From Octopus vulgaris (taxonomy: Eukaryota), in the NCBI GenBank assembly GCA_951406725.2, contig OX597815.1, forward strand, positions 92,876,001 through 92,940,000: DNA of 64,000 nt. Reading direction: 5' to 3'. Below are positions 1-12,509 of the stretch, piece after piece; positions within the stretch are counted from its first letter, which is position 1; each line of letters opens with the position of its first letter. The notes below the pieces were generated by a model, which was not told where the DNA came from, searched no databases, and worked only from the letters and a program-made list of their open reading frames with translations. Both the position numbers and the translations under genes were made by a program.

Positions 1-625
1 GCTTGACCAATTCCTATGAGTGCCAGTTGGTGAATGGAAATTGTGTTGAAGCTTTTATCCATATATTGGTGTAACAACCTAGCAATCCAATAAAGAGATG
101 AATAAAATAAATTCCTGATTGTAATAAATTCCAAGATCAATATGATCAAGTGAAAGCCTTGAAGGTGACACTCCAGCAAGGCCACACTAATGGCTATAAT
201 CAATGACAAAAGATCTGTACAGTTCAAGTAACTCAGAGATTGATGGAATTAGATTATAGGGGAACTTAGTATTGCTCTAACAAATATTTTATGGTGCCAA
301 GGTAAACCCATCAGCCCTACATTATCTCTTAACATACTTTGGTGCTGTATATACAACTAACCAGACACTGCCCAATGATTAAGTAGTTCAATGTACAAGT
401 TATCTTTAAAATTAGGTACAATTTAATACTCTGGTTCTTCTGTAATAGCCTACTTTTTCCTTTAATTCATGGCAAGTCCCTGGTCACAAGCCCTCTCGTG
501 CCAATAATTCCCAATTATAAACCTATCTTAGCTAGGGTGGTTTTTGAAGGCTATGTACAGAGCTCCTTCCTCCAAGCCAAATCACTGAAAGAAGAAAGAA
601 AAAGAACAAACAAAATCCAGCATAC

Positions 626-827
626 CGAATAGATATTGGGCTCCTTAACAGCAACCTCTCCAGAATAAACAACTATTGCCTTCAAGTCAGGTAAGCTATC
701 ACGTACTTCCAAAATCTTCTGTAATTGTTGATGATTTTCCACAATCATAATATTTGTGTTGCTATCTTTGGCAACAAATGCACAAGCTTCTGCTGTATTT
801 GTTGTGTATATTCCAACTGATATACCA
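626..827 (-). CDS. ACSBG2: ACSBG coding exon 6 (GISVGIYTTNTAEACAFVAKDSNTNIMIVENHQQLQKIL...LPDLKAIVVY...NIYS); gene continues beyond window
   Basis: TAG acceptor, GTATGC donor, 202 nt, phase 2/0; GIYTTN..EAC and VEN..QL.KI..LP.LKAIV.Y motifs. Confidence 0.96.
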
Positions 828-1202
828 CTATAATTTTAAAATAGAGCATACATTTGACTTCTATCAATATTTCTAAAAAGCATGCTGGCTGTTTCAACAT
901 TTACTATAATCAAAATTTTAAATAGAATAGTTAATGAAATATGTAACTTTATAATATGGTGTTACCAACTGAAAAATCTCAATCTCATTCAGGTTATGAG
1001 ATTTTGAAGTTTTAATTTAGGTATGAACACCTTAATATGGATGGTCTCAAGTAGTTGATATTAAAAGGAATTAATATTGACATTTATGTTGTTACCAAGA
1101 CTCTAGAAGGGATAGGTACAATTTATATTGCAATTTCAAAGAACAATAATGTCAGTTAAAATCCAATAGAATAGTGTACATAAAAGTGTTAAAGATATTT
1201 AC

Positions 1203-1291
1203 GCAGCATATATTGCAGCTAAATTGGAAATCAACCATTCTGGAGAGTTGAAACCCAGGATACCAACACCATGATGAGGCTCTAAACCCAA
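1203..1291 (-). CDS. ACSBG2: ACSBG coding exon 5 (LGLEPHHGVGILGFNSPEWLISNLAAIYA)
   Basis: CAG acceptor, GTAAAT donor, 89 nt, phase 0/2; conserved GVGILGFNSPEW motif. Confidence 0.96.
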
Positions 1292-1474
1292 CTGAAAAAC
1301 AAAAAAAAAAAAGCTAAGTAAAAACATGCACAAAAAATTTTCCTATGTTTCAACTGCTTTACATTTGAAAAGTATGCTCCCTGGCATCCAAATTATAAAA
1401 GCTTTATCAACACACACACACACACCTTCATAAAAGCTTTATCAACACTCACCTTTCTAAAGGCTTTATTTAGC

Positions 1475-2560
1475 AACATTTAACATTTGTGTCCATGCTG
1501 GCATGGGTTGGATGGTTTTACTAGGGCTGGCAAGCTGGAAGGCTGCACCAGACTCCAGTCTGATTTGGTATGGTTTCTACAGTTGGATGTCCTTCCTAAC
1601 ACCAACCACTCAGAGTGTAATGGGTGCCTTATGTGTCACTGGCACGGGTGCCATTTGTGTGACACTGCTATCTGTCACAACTGCAATTTTGTTCAGCTAG
1701 ATGGGTATTCTTGTGTGCAATATAATGCCAAAGGTCTTGGTGATTGCCTGTGAGGCCCAACACTCAGAAGGAGTGAGACCCAATGCTCAAAAGGAGCTCA
1801 GCCACTTTGCCTCTGTGAGGCCCTACGCTTGGTGTTTTTCACATGTCACTGGTATGGGTGCCAGTTACATGATACCAGCATCAGCCACAACTACAATTTC
1901 ACCTGGCTGGACGGGTCTTCTAGTCATTGCCTCTGTGAGGCCCAAAGTTTGAAGATCATGCTTCACCACCTCATCCCATGTTTTCCTGGGTCTACCTCTA
2001 TCACAGATTCCTTCCAGTTACAAAGCTATCCTCCTCCATATGCATCATATGACCATACCAGTGCAATCATCTCTCTTGCACACCACATCTGATGCCTCTT
2101 ATGCCTAACATTTCTCTCAAGCTACTTATATTGTTGAACATGCACATGACATTACACATCCAGCGAAGCATACTGACTTCATTTCTTTCAAGCCTTTGCA
2201 TGTCGCTGGCTGTCACAGCCCATGTTTCACTGCTTTGTAGCATAGTTATTTGCATATAGGCATCATATAATCTGCCTTTCACTCTGAAAAAGAGGCCTTT
2301 TGTTGCCAGCAGAGGTAGGAGCACTCTGAACTTTGCCCAGCCTAATCTTATTCTTACAGCTACACTCTCAGAGCATCTACTTCCGCTTCTAATTTGGTCA
2401 CCCAGATAACAGAAGCTATCTACTACCTCTAGCTTACCCCACTGGCAGTTGATGCAGTCTATTTTCTGTACATTTTCAGTGTTTATTGTACCTGTATATC
2501 TTCCACATACAAAAGCTATTTTCTATTAACCTTCCTCTGATATTGCTGCACCTTTTAACT
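1475..2560 (-). mobile_element. RTE-type LINE, 5'-truncated
   Basis: KGRLYDAY...SETWAV...LERNEVSMLRWMC (RTE C-terminus) and 3' UTR shared with the 34330 copy. Confidence 0.85.
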
Positions 2561-2628
2561 TCATCAAAAAAGCAACACACACACACACACACTCACCATT
2601 ATCAAAAGCAACACACACATACACCCAC

Positions 2629-2714
2629 CTTTATAAAAGCTTTAGCAATACACAAAACTTCCTCTTCATATTCTTTGTAGGACCACTTTATCCAGACATT
2701 GTCACGTTTCACAG
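2629..2714 (-). CDS. ACSBG2: ACSBG coding exon 4 (AVKRDNVWIKWSYKEYEEEVLCIAKAFIK)
   Basis: AAG acceptor, GTGGGT donor, 86 nt, phase 1/0; W..WSY.EY...V...AKAFIK is typical of ACSBG. Not in the ORF track. Confidence 0.93.
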
Positions 2715-2890
2715 CTTTGGAATACAAAATTGAAAACATTAAGTAATTAATATAAGTTGATAAATATCACCAGAACTGATATCATGTGAATAATCATTTA
2801 ACAAACATCATAATGATTACTTGGAAAAAAAAATTAGAATAAAGGTGTAAAAATAAAAACCACTTGTAATATTTTGGCTGAAACTCTTAC

Positions 2891-3052
2891 CTAATGCTGT
2901 TGTATTTGGTATTTTCTGTACTGTAGAGTGGAGAAGGTAAGGAACAGAAATTGGTGGGAGATTGCAAAATTCTTTGTCACTGATTCGAAGGTTAACAGTG
3001 TCACATGAATTAACAGCAGTGTAAGAAATTGCAGGTGCCAGCTGATTAGTTA
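2891..3052 (-). CDS. ACSBG2: ACSBG coding exon 3 (TNQLAPAISY...PPISVPYLLHSTVQKIPNTTAL)
   Basis: CAG acceptor, GTAAG donor, 162 nt, phase 1/1; PPISVP..L...V...P...AL resembles the ACSBG N-terminus. Confidence 0.9.
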
Positions 3053-3984
3053 CTGCAATAGACAAACATTTCTAGTAAGTCATACTACTGACCTTAAAAT
3101 AAACAAAACGGTTTATTTTATTTTTCACTAACAAATTTACAATCATTCTTCCATACTAAAATGAGCATGATGGTTTTGCAAATATGAGCACACTGTACGG
3201 GAAATTGTTTTTCAATGCCATGACCTTCCTTTTAAAACATAAAGGACTGAATACACTATTAGGTGGAGACAGGCAGATGACAGTAATACTGTGTTCTCTG
3301 TAACAAGTTTGAAACTAAAAAATTAATATTAATGTAAACTTGACTGAGCAGAATTATGTCTCTAGAAATTTAGAAGAAAATACTAAAAATCTTAATTACT
3401 AGATTAAATCTAATTGAAAATTATATAGTCTGATTTGTTTGATCAACAACAAAAAAAAAAAAAAAAAATTGTAAAAGGTGAAGAAAATGACAAAAAGAAA
3501 TCCTCTTGTGTCACAGGAAACATTGCAATTTAGTGTAAATTGCATAAATATATTTGACTTAAATTTAAGAAATATTGCATTATCAACTAATTTCTCATAT
3601 CTCATGAGAGCAAATCAAGTGTGAGGACACTCAACAGTTTCAGAATCAAACTTCTAACTGCCTAGTTTAAAAAGGCTTTTAACTATTTCAAATATTCTAT
3701 ATGTGTTGGTTTGTGTGAAACATGGATATTAAATGTAGGAGGTGTGGAGAAATTAGGGGAATATAACGAGTTGGATGGGTAATGTTACCTACAAGATGCA
3801 AAATATACTGGAGGGGACAGTATGGTTGGTAAATAGAGACATCATCAGCTGATGATGTGGAAATGTGATGTGAATTGGCAACACAAGACTGTCTGCTGAC
3901 ACTAAAATGTACCCAAAGCAAAGGAAGACATGGAAAGGTCAGCTCTGAGATACTTTATATCAGAGCAGTATCCATAGCCTTGGA

Positions 3985-4372
3985 TACTCTTTCTACTCTT
4001 TTACTTGTTTCAGTCATTTGACTGCAGCCATGCTGGAGCACCGCCTTTAGTCAAGCAAATCGACCCCCCAGGACATTCTTTGTAAGCCTAGTACTTATTC
4101 TATTGGTCTCTCTTGCTGAACCGCTAAGTTACGGGGACGTAAACACACCAGCATTGGTTGTCAAGCAATGTCGGGGGGACAAACACAGACATACAAACAC
4201 ACATATATACAACGGGCTTCTTTTAGTTTCCGTCTACCAAATCCACTCACAAGGCTTTGGTCAGCCCGAGGCTATAGTAGAAGACACTTCTCCAAGGTGC
4301 AACGCAGTGGGTCTGAACCCGGAACCATGTGGTTGGTAAGCAAGCTACTTACCACACAGCCACTACTGCACC
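3985..4372 (-). mobile_element. Full-length tRNA-derived SINE
   Basis: Head with A box (TGGCTGTGTGG) and B box (GGTTCAGACCC), (AGAGT)-like tail; partial copies at 25720, 28050, 50053 and 53100. Confidence 0.85.
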
Positions 4373-6041
4373 TATGTAAAGATGGTGAGGATCAGATTTG
4401 ATTTTCTTTAGTGGCAAAGAAGCTGCCACTAAAGAAAATACACAAACCCTACATATGAAAATTTACTGTTTAAGCCTATTACAGGTGTACTCATGATTTT
4501 GCAGTATCATCCTGGTTTATTATTTCATTTGGAGTAGAACAGCAAAATTTTTTCCTAATGTCAATTTTTTAATAAAAATGTTCACTATGCCAAAAGTAAG
4601 GTCTGTACAAAAGAACATACTATGGAAACAAAATTCATTTCTAAGAGAGAGAACATCAATTTTAATGATTTTAGTGCTGAGTATGAACTGTCTAATTCTA
4701 CAGTCTGTACCAGTTTTGAAAAGGATGATCTCAAAAGTGTTTGACCACTCAAAAGTCACCAAAGGTACATGTAGGCTTAATAATACTTGCGTCATGCATA
4801 GTAATGAGATGAAATGTTTTTCACTAAAAGTGGATCAGAGAAACAGTTAGTTGGTGATTTAAAGAATGAAACATTGAGAAATACTAAGTCTTTATGAACA
4901 GTTTGAGAAGGATACCTCTAATACCAATACTGCTAGTGATGCAAAAAAAAAAAAAAAAAGTGCAAATATTTTGCATTTAATTGTTAGGATATTGTTACTA
5001 TTTATTGTTTTTATAACAAACAAAAAATAAATAATGCATCTATTTTGCTAATAATTAAAGGGATGCATAGGATGCAGACTTTCCATCTTGGTTGCGATTT
5101 TGGAATAAGTTGTCATTAAATACATATTTTGCTTGATGCAATTTTTGTGGTAATGTACGAGTTTCTGGAATGAATTAGCTTCATTACTACACAGTCAATT
5201 ATATTTCTAAACTAATGCCAGTGAAGCTCTTATCCACTATGCTACTGGGTGTAAAATGAAACGTATTTAATAATGTAATTAGCAATGTGACTCACTTATT
5301 CTGATAACTCTACAGTGCTACAGACCTCATAACTTACAATAAAAAGTGACTACAATAACCAGTAACATTAAACTTGGATTTTTAGATACAAAGTATGACT
5401 TTACATTATAATGAAAAGTTAAATTCATTTAATACCCATAATTAACATTCATTTGATAATGCTTTTGAATAGGTTGCTATAATTTATGCTACAGACATTA
5501 AAATTTAAATATATGTTTGTGTGCCATTAATTTTCATTCAGTTCCACAGCATTTTGAGCTTTGGAACCTAAATATCTAACAAATTTATGAAAATGTACAA
5601 CAACAAAAGAACATTTTTCAACATGCAGTAAACGAGTCAGGTTTCTCTTGGAAGAAAATTATACAGGTTAGAGAAAATGTTTAATGTATACAAGGAAGTC
5701 AAAAAGCATTTACATTCATCAACCATGTCATATGGTGTTATCTTTAAAGGTTTAAGTGAAAACAGAAATCACACGCATACACAAAGCACACTTGATATAT
5801 TAAGCAATACATTTAAGACATTGTTAAACTGTCTAAATGTGTTTGCACATGCATGCATAAAACAGTTTGGATATTTTATATGTGTATATATAATAAAACT
5901 TTCAAATGTGTCAATAATATTGATATCATCATCATTAATATTCATGTTCCATGCTGAGACATATACATATTCAACAGTATAATCCTGGTGTGTAGATATA
6001 ATACACTATAATATATTGGTGTGTATATAAAATAACATTAC

Positions 6042-6139
6042 CTTCATAATTAAATTCATCTGAGTTGGAAATTGGCACGCCACCATTTTCAACAGAAACA
6101 CCATTGGATTCTGGTTTTGAACTTCGCTCTGTTATGCAG
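6042..6139 (-). CDS. ACSBG2: ACSBG coding exon 2 (CITERSSKPESNGVSVENGGVPISNSDEFNYE)
   Basis: T-rich tract with TAG acceptor, GTAATG donor, 98 nt open frame, phase 2 in and phase 1 out, compatible with both neighbours. Confidence 0.75.
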
Positions 6140-7318
6140 CTAAATTATGAAAAAGAAAAATTTTAAAAAAAACGCAATTAGGAAACAATCATTGAAATAG
6201 TCAATCCTAAAAACATGACTAAAGAAAGTAACTGCCATTATTACAGCTATACACATGCAATCATTTTTGAAGAAAAAGACTTCAGAGAGCTCATTCAGCC
6301 TCTCAGTTTTGTTTTGTTCCTAAAGGGAATAGCATTTGAAGTATCATGAATTAAAGTAGTGGATTGGCAGAGTCAATGTTAGGGGAAAAAGGTGAGATTG
6401 CCAGGGAAATGGGGGATGCTTTGTATCCTAACTATGCTCAGAGTTCAAACTGTTGATGTGATCTTCACCTTTCATTTTTTCCAGAGTCTAAACTAAAGTG
6501 CCAGTCAAATACAATTTAATCAACTAACCATTTCTTCAAATTATCTCTGACCTTGTACCCATATAAGAAATATTACTACTATCACTACTACTTAATCAAG
6601 GAGAGACAGCATTCGTGGGCTTTAGAAAGATTGATTATACAGATGATGTTCAATGTTAATTTCATATCTGTAAAATAAAATCTAAGCAAAGAGGGTGGTC
6701 TAGGCTTTTTCTTCTGATGAAGGAATGATTTAGCAAAGTACGCAGTCCATGGTACAATGGAGTGATGTGATAAGAGGTGAAGGATAAGCAGGACAATGAA
6801 AGTTTATACAGAAATGTAAGTGGCAGTTTTACATAAAAGCAACGATAAATATTAGAAGGCAATATGACTGGTATCAGTGTTCAAATAAGATGCAATTTCT
6901 ATTACAGTTTCCAAACAACACTGGTCAAAAATATATTACAGGAGAAAATGAGGTGTGTGCAAAACATCAGGTTGTAGATGTACAGCCTGGAAGAATAACA
7001 TGCATATGACATGAATAAATTCAGTTGCACTTACTAAGATTTACAGGTTTTTCAAATTGGAGCAGATATCAATTCCACAATACAATGTGAGACAAATGTA
7101 GATATAAATCTTGCTGTAGATGTCAATTTCAGCAAACAGGGCAACAATAATATAAACTTCATAAATTAAAATAAACAAAGACGAATGTCAAGTGGAGAAG
7201 AGGCAAATTGCCTTGGAGTGGTTAAAACAACTTTGGCTTAATAGTCATAATGACTAAAATAGTACCACGTTAAACTTCCATCTCTATTAAAAGTGATAGA
7301 AGGAGCAGCTGCAATATA

Positions 7319-8400
7319 TGTAGTCGACAGTTCAATGTCTTCACAGCAACCAACTGAACTATCAGTTTTGGATGCACCTCAGACTTGGATGGAAGTTGAT
7401 GTTTGAATTTTCACAATGCTAACCTTAACTCGTCAGCATCTGTCTCAAACAACTAGCTCATGCTACACTATATCCTGTTTTAACCACCTACAGCTCCTTA
7501 TAAAAACTCAGCCTTTCCTTGTACCAAGGTCTTTAGTTCCAGACCTTTTAAGGTCTGGCCACTGACCACAAAAACACAGTCAACTCCAGCGACAACACCA
7601 CCACTACTATAGCAGCTACATTGAGATTTACCAACTTTGTCCAACAGCATTGTGGCAACCTACTTCGTTGCCACAATCATGTTCTTAACGTCATCAACAT
7701 CATCTCTATGTACCCAGCTCAGCAAGCAATTCACACAGGTTCCAACAGTTCACTGTTCACAAATTATTTCACTATGGATCAAGTGACTCAGGCAGCAGTA
7801 TCACAACCACAACTTCACGTACGACATGTACCTGCAACCGGCTCAGCAACATGGCCACAACTTCTTGATACAGTATTTCAACTACTGTGTACTATTAACT
7901 ATGAACTGGTATTATCTTACTTCTCACTTTGATGGCTATAGGCACTTTCACTGTCTTCTTCATTGCCATCCTTAAATGTTCTTAAGATGTGCATACATCT
8001 ATGCTTACACACACACACATCTTGTTCTCATGATGGCCTGTCAATTTATTCTGAATACATGATGCAAACACAGACACACATGTTCACATATCAATAACTG
8101 TTCTCTTAATCATTCTTTTACAGTTGTCTCTTTCCAGCTGGCATTTATTTGTTCTATTCAATTCCTCTGTTCTATTCAATTCCTCAATTCCAAAAGAGCC
8201 ATTCCCCTCACCTCACAACACATCATCCATTACAAATTGGTGACCCCGACGTGATCCTATTTAGGTCCTCTGACTGGTTATATGCAGCAAGTTGGCACAG
8301 TTGAGCAGGAGACAAATTGCATCGATACCAACCAATCAGAGTAGTGGGCACAATGTGATCCAAATAGTGGCCAAAAGCTAGCTGTCCCCTGCTACGTTCA
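7319..8400 (+). mobile_element. LTR retrotransposon remnant with intact tRNA-Trp primer-binding site
   Basis: TTACA (8234) followed by TGGTGACCCCGACGTGAT (8238-8255), the 18-nt tRNA-Trp PBS. Left boundary (TGTAGT) is tentative. Confidence 0.65.
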
Positions 8401-8410
8401 AATGCACATA

Positions 8411-8805
8411 TCTTTATATATAAAAGAGAGGTTGTGTGCTGTCCGTCTCCTACGATTTAGATTCCTAACTACTCCCACATTTTGCGGTGCAGTTTAACCA
8501 AAACCAGGTATCTTATAGTCGTGATTCATATCGAGCCCTTCTGGGTATTAGCGTGCGTCTACAATGAGTCTACGATTAAAAAAAAAATTTATCATCAATT
8601 TTTCCCATTTTTAATGCATTTTTGGCATATATTAGGGAAGTAACTCTCTAAAAATTTATTATTAAATCTCAGAACGTAAAAAGCTACAGTAACACCCCCC
8701 TTTGTGGTTAGCCATATTGAGATGGCTATTATACTTTACATCTCTAAAAATGCTTATATAGTTATTTCCCTTACAAACCCAAGCAACGCCGGGTGATACT
8801 GCTAG
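8411..8805 (+). mobile_element. Non-autonomous Helitron
   Basis: 5' TC, subterminal CCC..GGG hairpin, 3' CTAG, inserted between A and T; related copies at 33443, 48263 and 49521. Confidence 0.88.
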
Positions 8806-11425
8806 TATATAATAAATAAGAGAGAGGAATTTCACTTAAGTCTACGCCACAAAAGGAATGCATCAATTTGGATTGAGTGACTGCTGGGGCAAAAATTGTT
8901 AGTTTAGATAAGTAAAAAATATTATAGTAGTAAAATATATCTGAGTCAGTGGTTATAGCTTGTTGGTAAAGGAGTTAGAGGAGTTCTTTTTTTTGGATTT
9001 TGTTTAGTACCAAAGCTCTAAACAAATTGGTCCATGATCGAAAAGTCTAGCTGTGACTATGCCAACTTATTTTAGACCTATAACAAAGATTACATTATCT
9101 AGTTTGTGCTTCATTTTCTAGAACAGTGATGCAGGATTTAAAAGGGGAATTTGACTGCAATTTCTAATTGGTTGGGTGACCATGTAGAGGTTCTTTACTT
9201 GGCTCAGTGTCAAGTATAAGATTTGTTCTACATCTCAGGAAATTAACCAAGATTGAATAAAATACTGTAATGAAGGTGATATTTTGCTTTAATACGGTGT
9301 CCCACCCACACCAGCATGGAAGGCAGACATTAAATGATAAGGAGAACAGTACTTCTCTATCGCTTGCCAAACATTGGACAAACATCCTTAGTCTCTGCCT
9401 AACAAATTTCACAAGTTTTGGGTTGATCTGTAACTGTTACATATGACACTTGCTACAAATAGAATCAAAGCTAAAACCATGTGATGGTGAAGTAAACTTC
9501 TTAAACACACAACCCTGCTTGCATTCTGCAGTGTCTCTTAGAATTGTCCAAAAGGATATGATACTACACACAGTTCATTCAGATTGTTGTATAGTGAAAC
9601 TGTACACTCCTCCCAGTAAAAAGTGGTAGTAAACAGCCATTATAAATAGACCAGTCAACAGAAGGTCAGAAGGTCGAGATTACAAGACTGTGCTGATAGT
9701 GGTGTCTGTGGTGATATAGTAATTATACTGTGATACTGAGTGGACGTTATAACGATCCAACCTTTTGAGGATAACAACACTGTATGACTGAGGGTCATAC
9801 AGTGCCAGACAGAACCATTCTATCGATGACTTCAGAATATAACAATATCTGTCAGAGTGACAACTGTGGCAAAAGACCGCTTTACAACACAGATCAATAT
9901 CAGATAAAATAGAGAATAGTGTCAATTTTGAATCTGAAATATAGGAGAATCATTGATGCCATAACAACAACATATGATGTTGGATGGAGAGGTCTACAAC
10001 TGGACTGTGAGATTCACTTTAATGTCAGCAATATGACTACAAAGATAAGCCTTTGCTTGATCTACAATAAATAGCCAAATCTTCCTAAAATCCCTTTTCC
10101 ATTTAAATAAGGAAACAGTGGATCATGTATAGGTTGACACACAAACAGGCATAAGAGCCATGATTGGGACACCTTTGATAATCGGTCTACTCAGTCCATT
10201 TTCAACTGGCAGGTGGGGTTAGGGGGCTAAAAAAATGATTGGTTAGGATATAGCCAGAAAAGGAAGGACAGCTACCATAGCCTCTAAGAGTGAAGATAGG
10301 GAGAAAGAAACCAGAGACTAGGTTCAGATGGTTAGAGTGGACTCTGCTAAAGCCAGACCTCCCATCAGATTGGAATGTTAAACCAAGCAACAAATTGAGA
10401 GATCTGAGAAGGGGAAAAAGTAAATGGCTTCGAAAGGGGAAGCAACCATGGTCCTTTTCAAAACCTCAGTAACTTTCTCAGATTAGAAATCTGGCCCAAT
10501 ATTTGCAACAGAGTGGAGTCCACTAAATGTATGCAAAAACCATGAACCAAACTGGGAAACAAATACCTACCACTGAAAAATGGAAAAGATGAGAGGAAAA
10601 AGTAAGGATTACAATGGTGTGCTGAAGATATATATATATTGGTTATATTCCATTAGGAATGTAGTAGAATACAGTATAAAGCTCAGTCACCTTCAGAATT
10701 ACCCAGTACTATTGGCAGCATTATTATCTACTTCCAAGTTTAAATTTGGGCCTTCGTTGTTTGTCAATATAAAACTGAAGAAATTAGAGTCAAGAAGGAG
10801 TATGGTTGGACATTTATTTATTATTCACTACAATTGTTTCAACAATGTAGTTCTCCAGAAATACAAATACTTGAGTATACAACTGTTTGTTTGCATAATT
10901 TCTTCAATTATATATATAAATTTATTGGCTGGAACAGTTTTTTCTATCATGGACAGAAAAAAAATATGAATTCAGTAGTTGAGGTCAGAACAGTACTAGG
11001 AGCCTTGCAAATCTACCAGATAGATGAAAGAGCATTGTAGAAAATGAAGAGTATATTTTAGATTTAAAAAATTTTGTTTATCTTAATTTTGAAAAATAAA
11101 AGTATAAGATAACTGCATTATTTATGGGATGACCCAATATAAGTGGTTAAACCAAAATTCACATTAAAAATATTAAATGTTGGAAGAGGCTTCACAAGTA
11201 GTTTAATATACTTCTAAGCTTACAACAATAATATAAAGCCAAATCTGAAGTGGCATGTGAAAAATGTAGTGCATGTTCAGAAAAAAAAATGTAGATACTA
11301 CTGTATTAAAATGAGCAACTGTATAATAGCTGTGGATGTTAAACTTCATTTGAAAAAGCACACACATACAAAAAAAAAAAAAAAAAACAATTTCAGCCAA
11401 TATGTAACATTTTCAGTCAGGTATT

Positions 11426-11699
11426 TGTGGGATGACGTCAGCAGCGGGGTGCGTTGACCAGAAGCTGGGGCAAGTGGAAGGGGTCAGCTGTCAAGCATGC
11501 GCAGGGGGCGGAAATCGACCTTTCCAACGTGGGTCGTGCTGGTGACAAGACGTGCGAGGACGACGCTAAGGGTTTGGGGCTAGCAGCTGCTATCGTTAGT
11601 GTTCGGGTAGGGTGAGGAAGGACCAGTCATCTCTGGAGGATCTCCGTCACCACGAAGAGAAGGTAGGTGCCTCTATATTCAAATTGCACACTCACTACA
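11426..11699 (+). repeat. 5' LTR
   Basis: TGTGGG...CTACA; 7 differences from the copy at 15324-15597. Confidence 0.97.
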
Positions 11700-11711
11700 A
11701 GCTATTTCGGC
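11700..11711 (+). other. Non-canonical primer-binding site, complementary to tRNA-Phe nt 1-12
   Basis: AGCTATTTCGGC directly after the LTR terminal CA; its reverse complement GCCGAAATAGCT is the 5' end of metazoan tRNA-Phe(GAA) as I recall it. Confidence 0.75.
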
Positions 11712-11744
11712 AGTTCGTAAACGTTCTCATTTTTTTTCAACACG

Positions 11745-12509
11745 ATGTCTGCAAAAATTAGGATCGCCAGTGACGTCGTCAGACCTTTTAACGGCGAAGG
11801 CGATGTAGTGGCCTGGATTCGGAATATCAGGCTGGTGGCGAGACTGCAGGGCATAAGCGACGTGGCGAGTCTTATGGTGCTGTATTTGGAAAGGAGTGCG
11901 TTGTCGCTTTACCTAGAGATGGATGAAGAGGAACGGCTCTGCGATGAGAATATAGAGCGGCGCTTGTGTGACGCATACACGGAATGCGAGTACACAGCTT
12001 TCGCTAAACTAGGTGCAATCAGGTGGACGGGAGGCCAGGTGGATGATTTTGCATCGGAAGCTAGAAGGCTAGCGGCTCTGGCCAGGTTTGCCGGAGAAGG
12101 ACTGGAGAGAGCAGCCCGACTGGCGTTCGTGAATGGGTTCCCCGACGATGTAGGGATTCACCTACAACGACTGCCCGGGGTCAAAAAGATGCCATTGAGC
12201 GAACTTGTAGCTCATGCTCGCACGTTGACGAGACACTCTGGGCGGAAGGCGATAGCGATGGCGGTGACGGAGGCGCGTAAAGACGGACGACGTCCCGAGA
12301 AAGAGGTGCAGAAGCTCACCGTGCAACGAGAGCGGCCGTTCTCAGGACGGTGTTTTAGATGCCAGGGACCGCACATGGCGCGGGACTGTACGCAGCCGAG
12401 GCCCGTTTGCTATCGATGCAGGCAGACAGAGCACATTGCCTGTGATTGCGGCCAGGGAAACGACCGCGGGGAAGTTGCTGCCTCTCGAACTTTCCCCTCA
12501 AACGAGTAG
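11745..12509 (+). CDS. gag: Gypsy gag, 254 aa, two CCHC zinc knuckles
   Basis: Open ORF with CFRCQGPHMARDC and CYRCRQTEHIACDC. Confidence 0.92.
   Translation: MSAKIRIASDVVRPFNGEGDVVAWIRNIRLVARLQGISDVASLMVLYLERSALSLYLEMDEEERLCDENIERRLCDAYTECEYTAFAKLGAIRWTGGQVDDFASEARRLAALARFAGEGLERAARLAFVNGFPDDVGIHLQRLPGVKKMPLSELVAHARTLTRHSGRKAIAMAVTEARKDGRRPEKEVQKLTVQRERPFSGRCFRCQGPHMARDCTQPRPVCYRCRQTEHIACDCGQGNDRGEVAASRTFPSNE

Noticed and set aside
4300-4372. tRNA gene
   Set aside because: It is a SINE head with A/B boxes, continuous with the SINE body.
4520-5080. Overlapping 90-aa ORFs, possibly a hAT remnant
   Set aside because: No diagnostic motif I can support.
11508-11519. Tf1-like self-primer in the LTR (GCGGAAATCGAC)
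   Set aside because: Only 8 of 12 match the required sequence in both LTRs, against 12 of 12 for tRNA-Phe.
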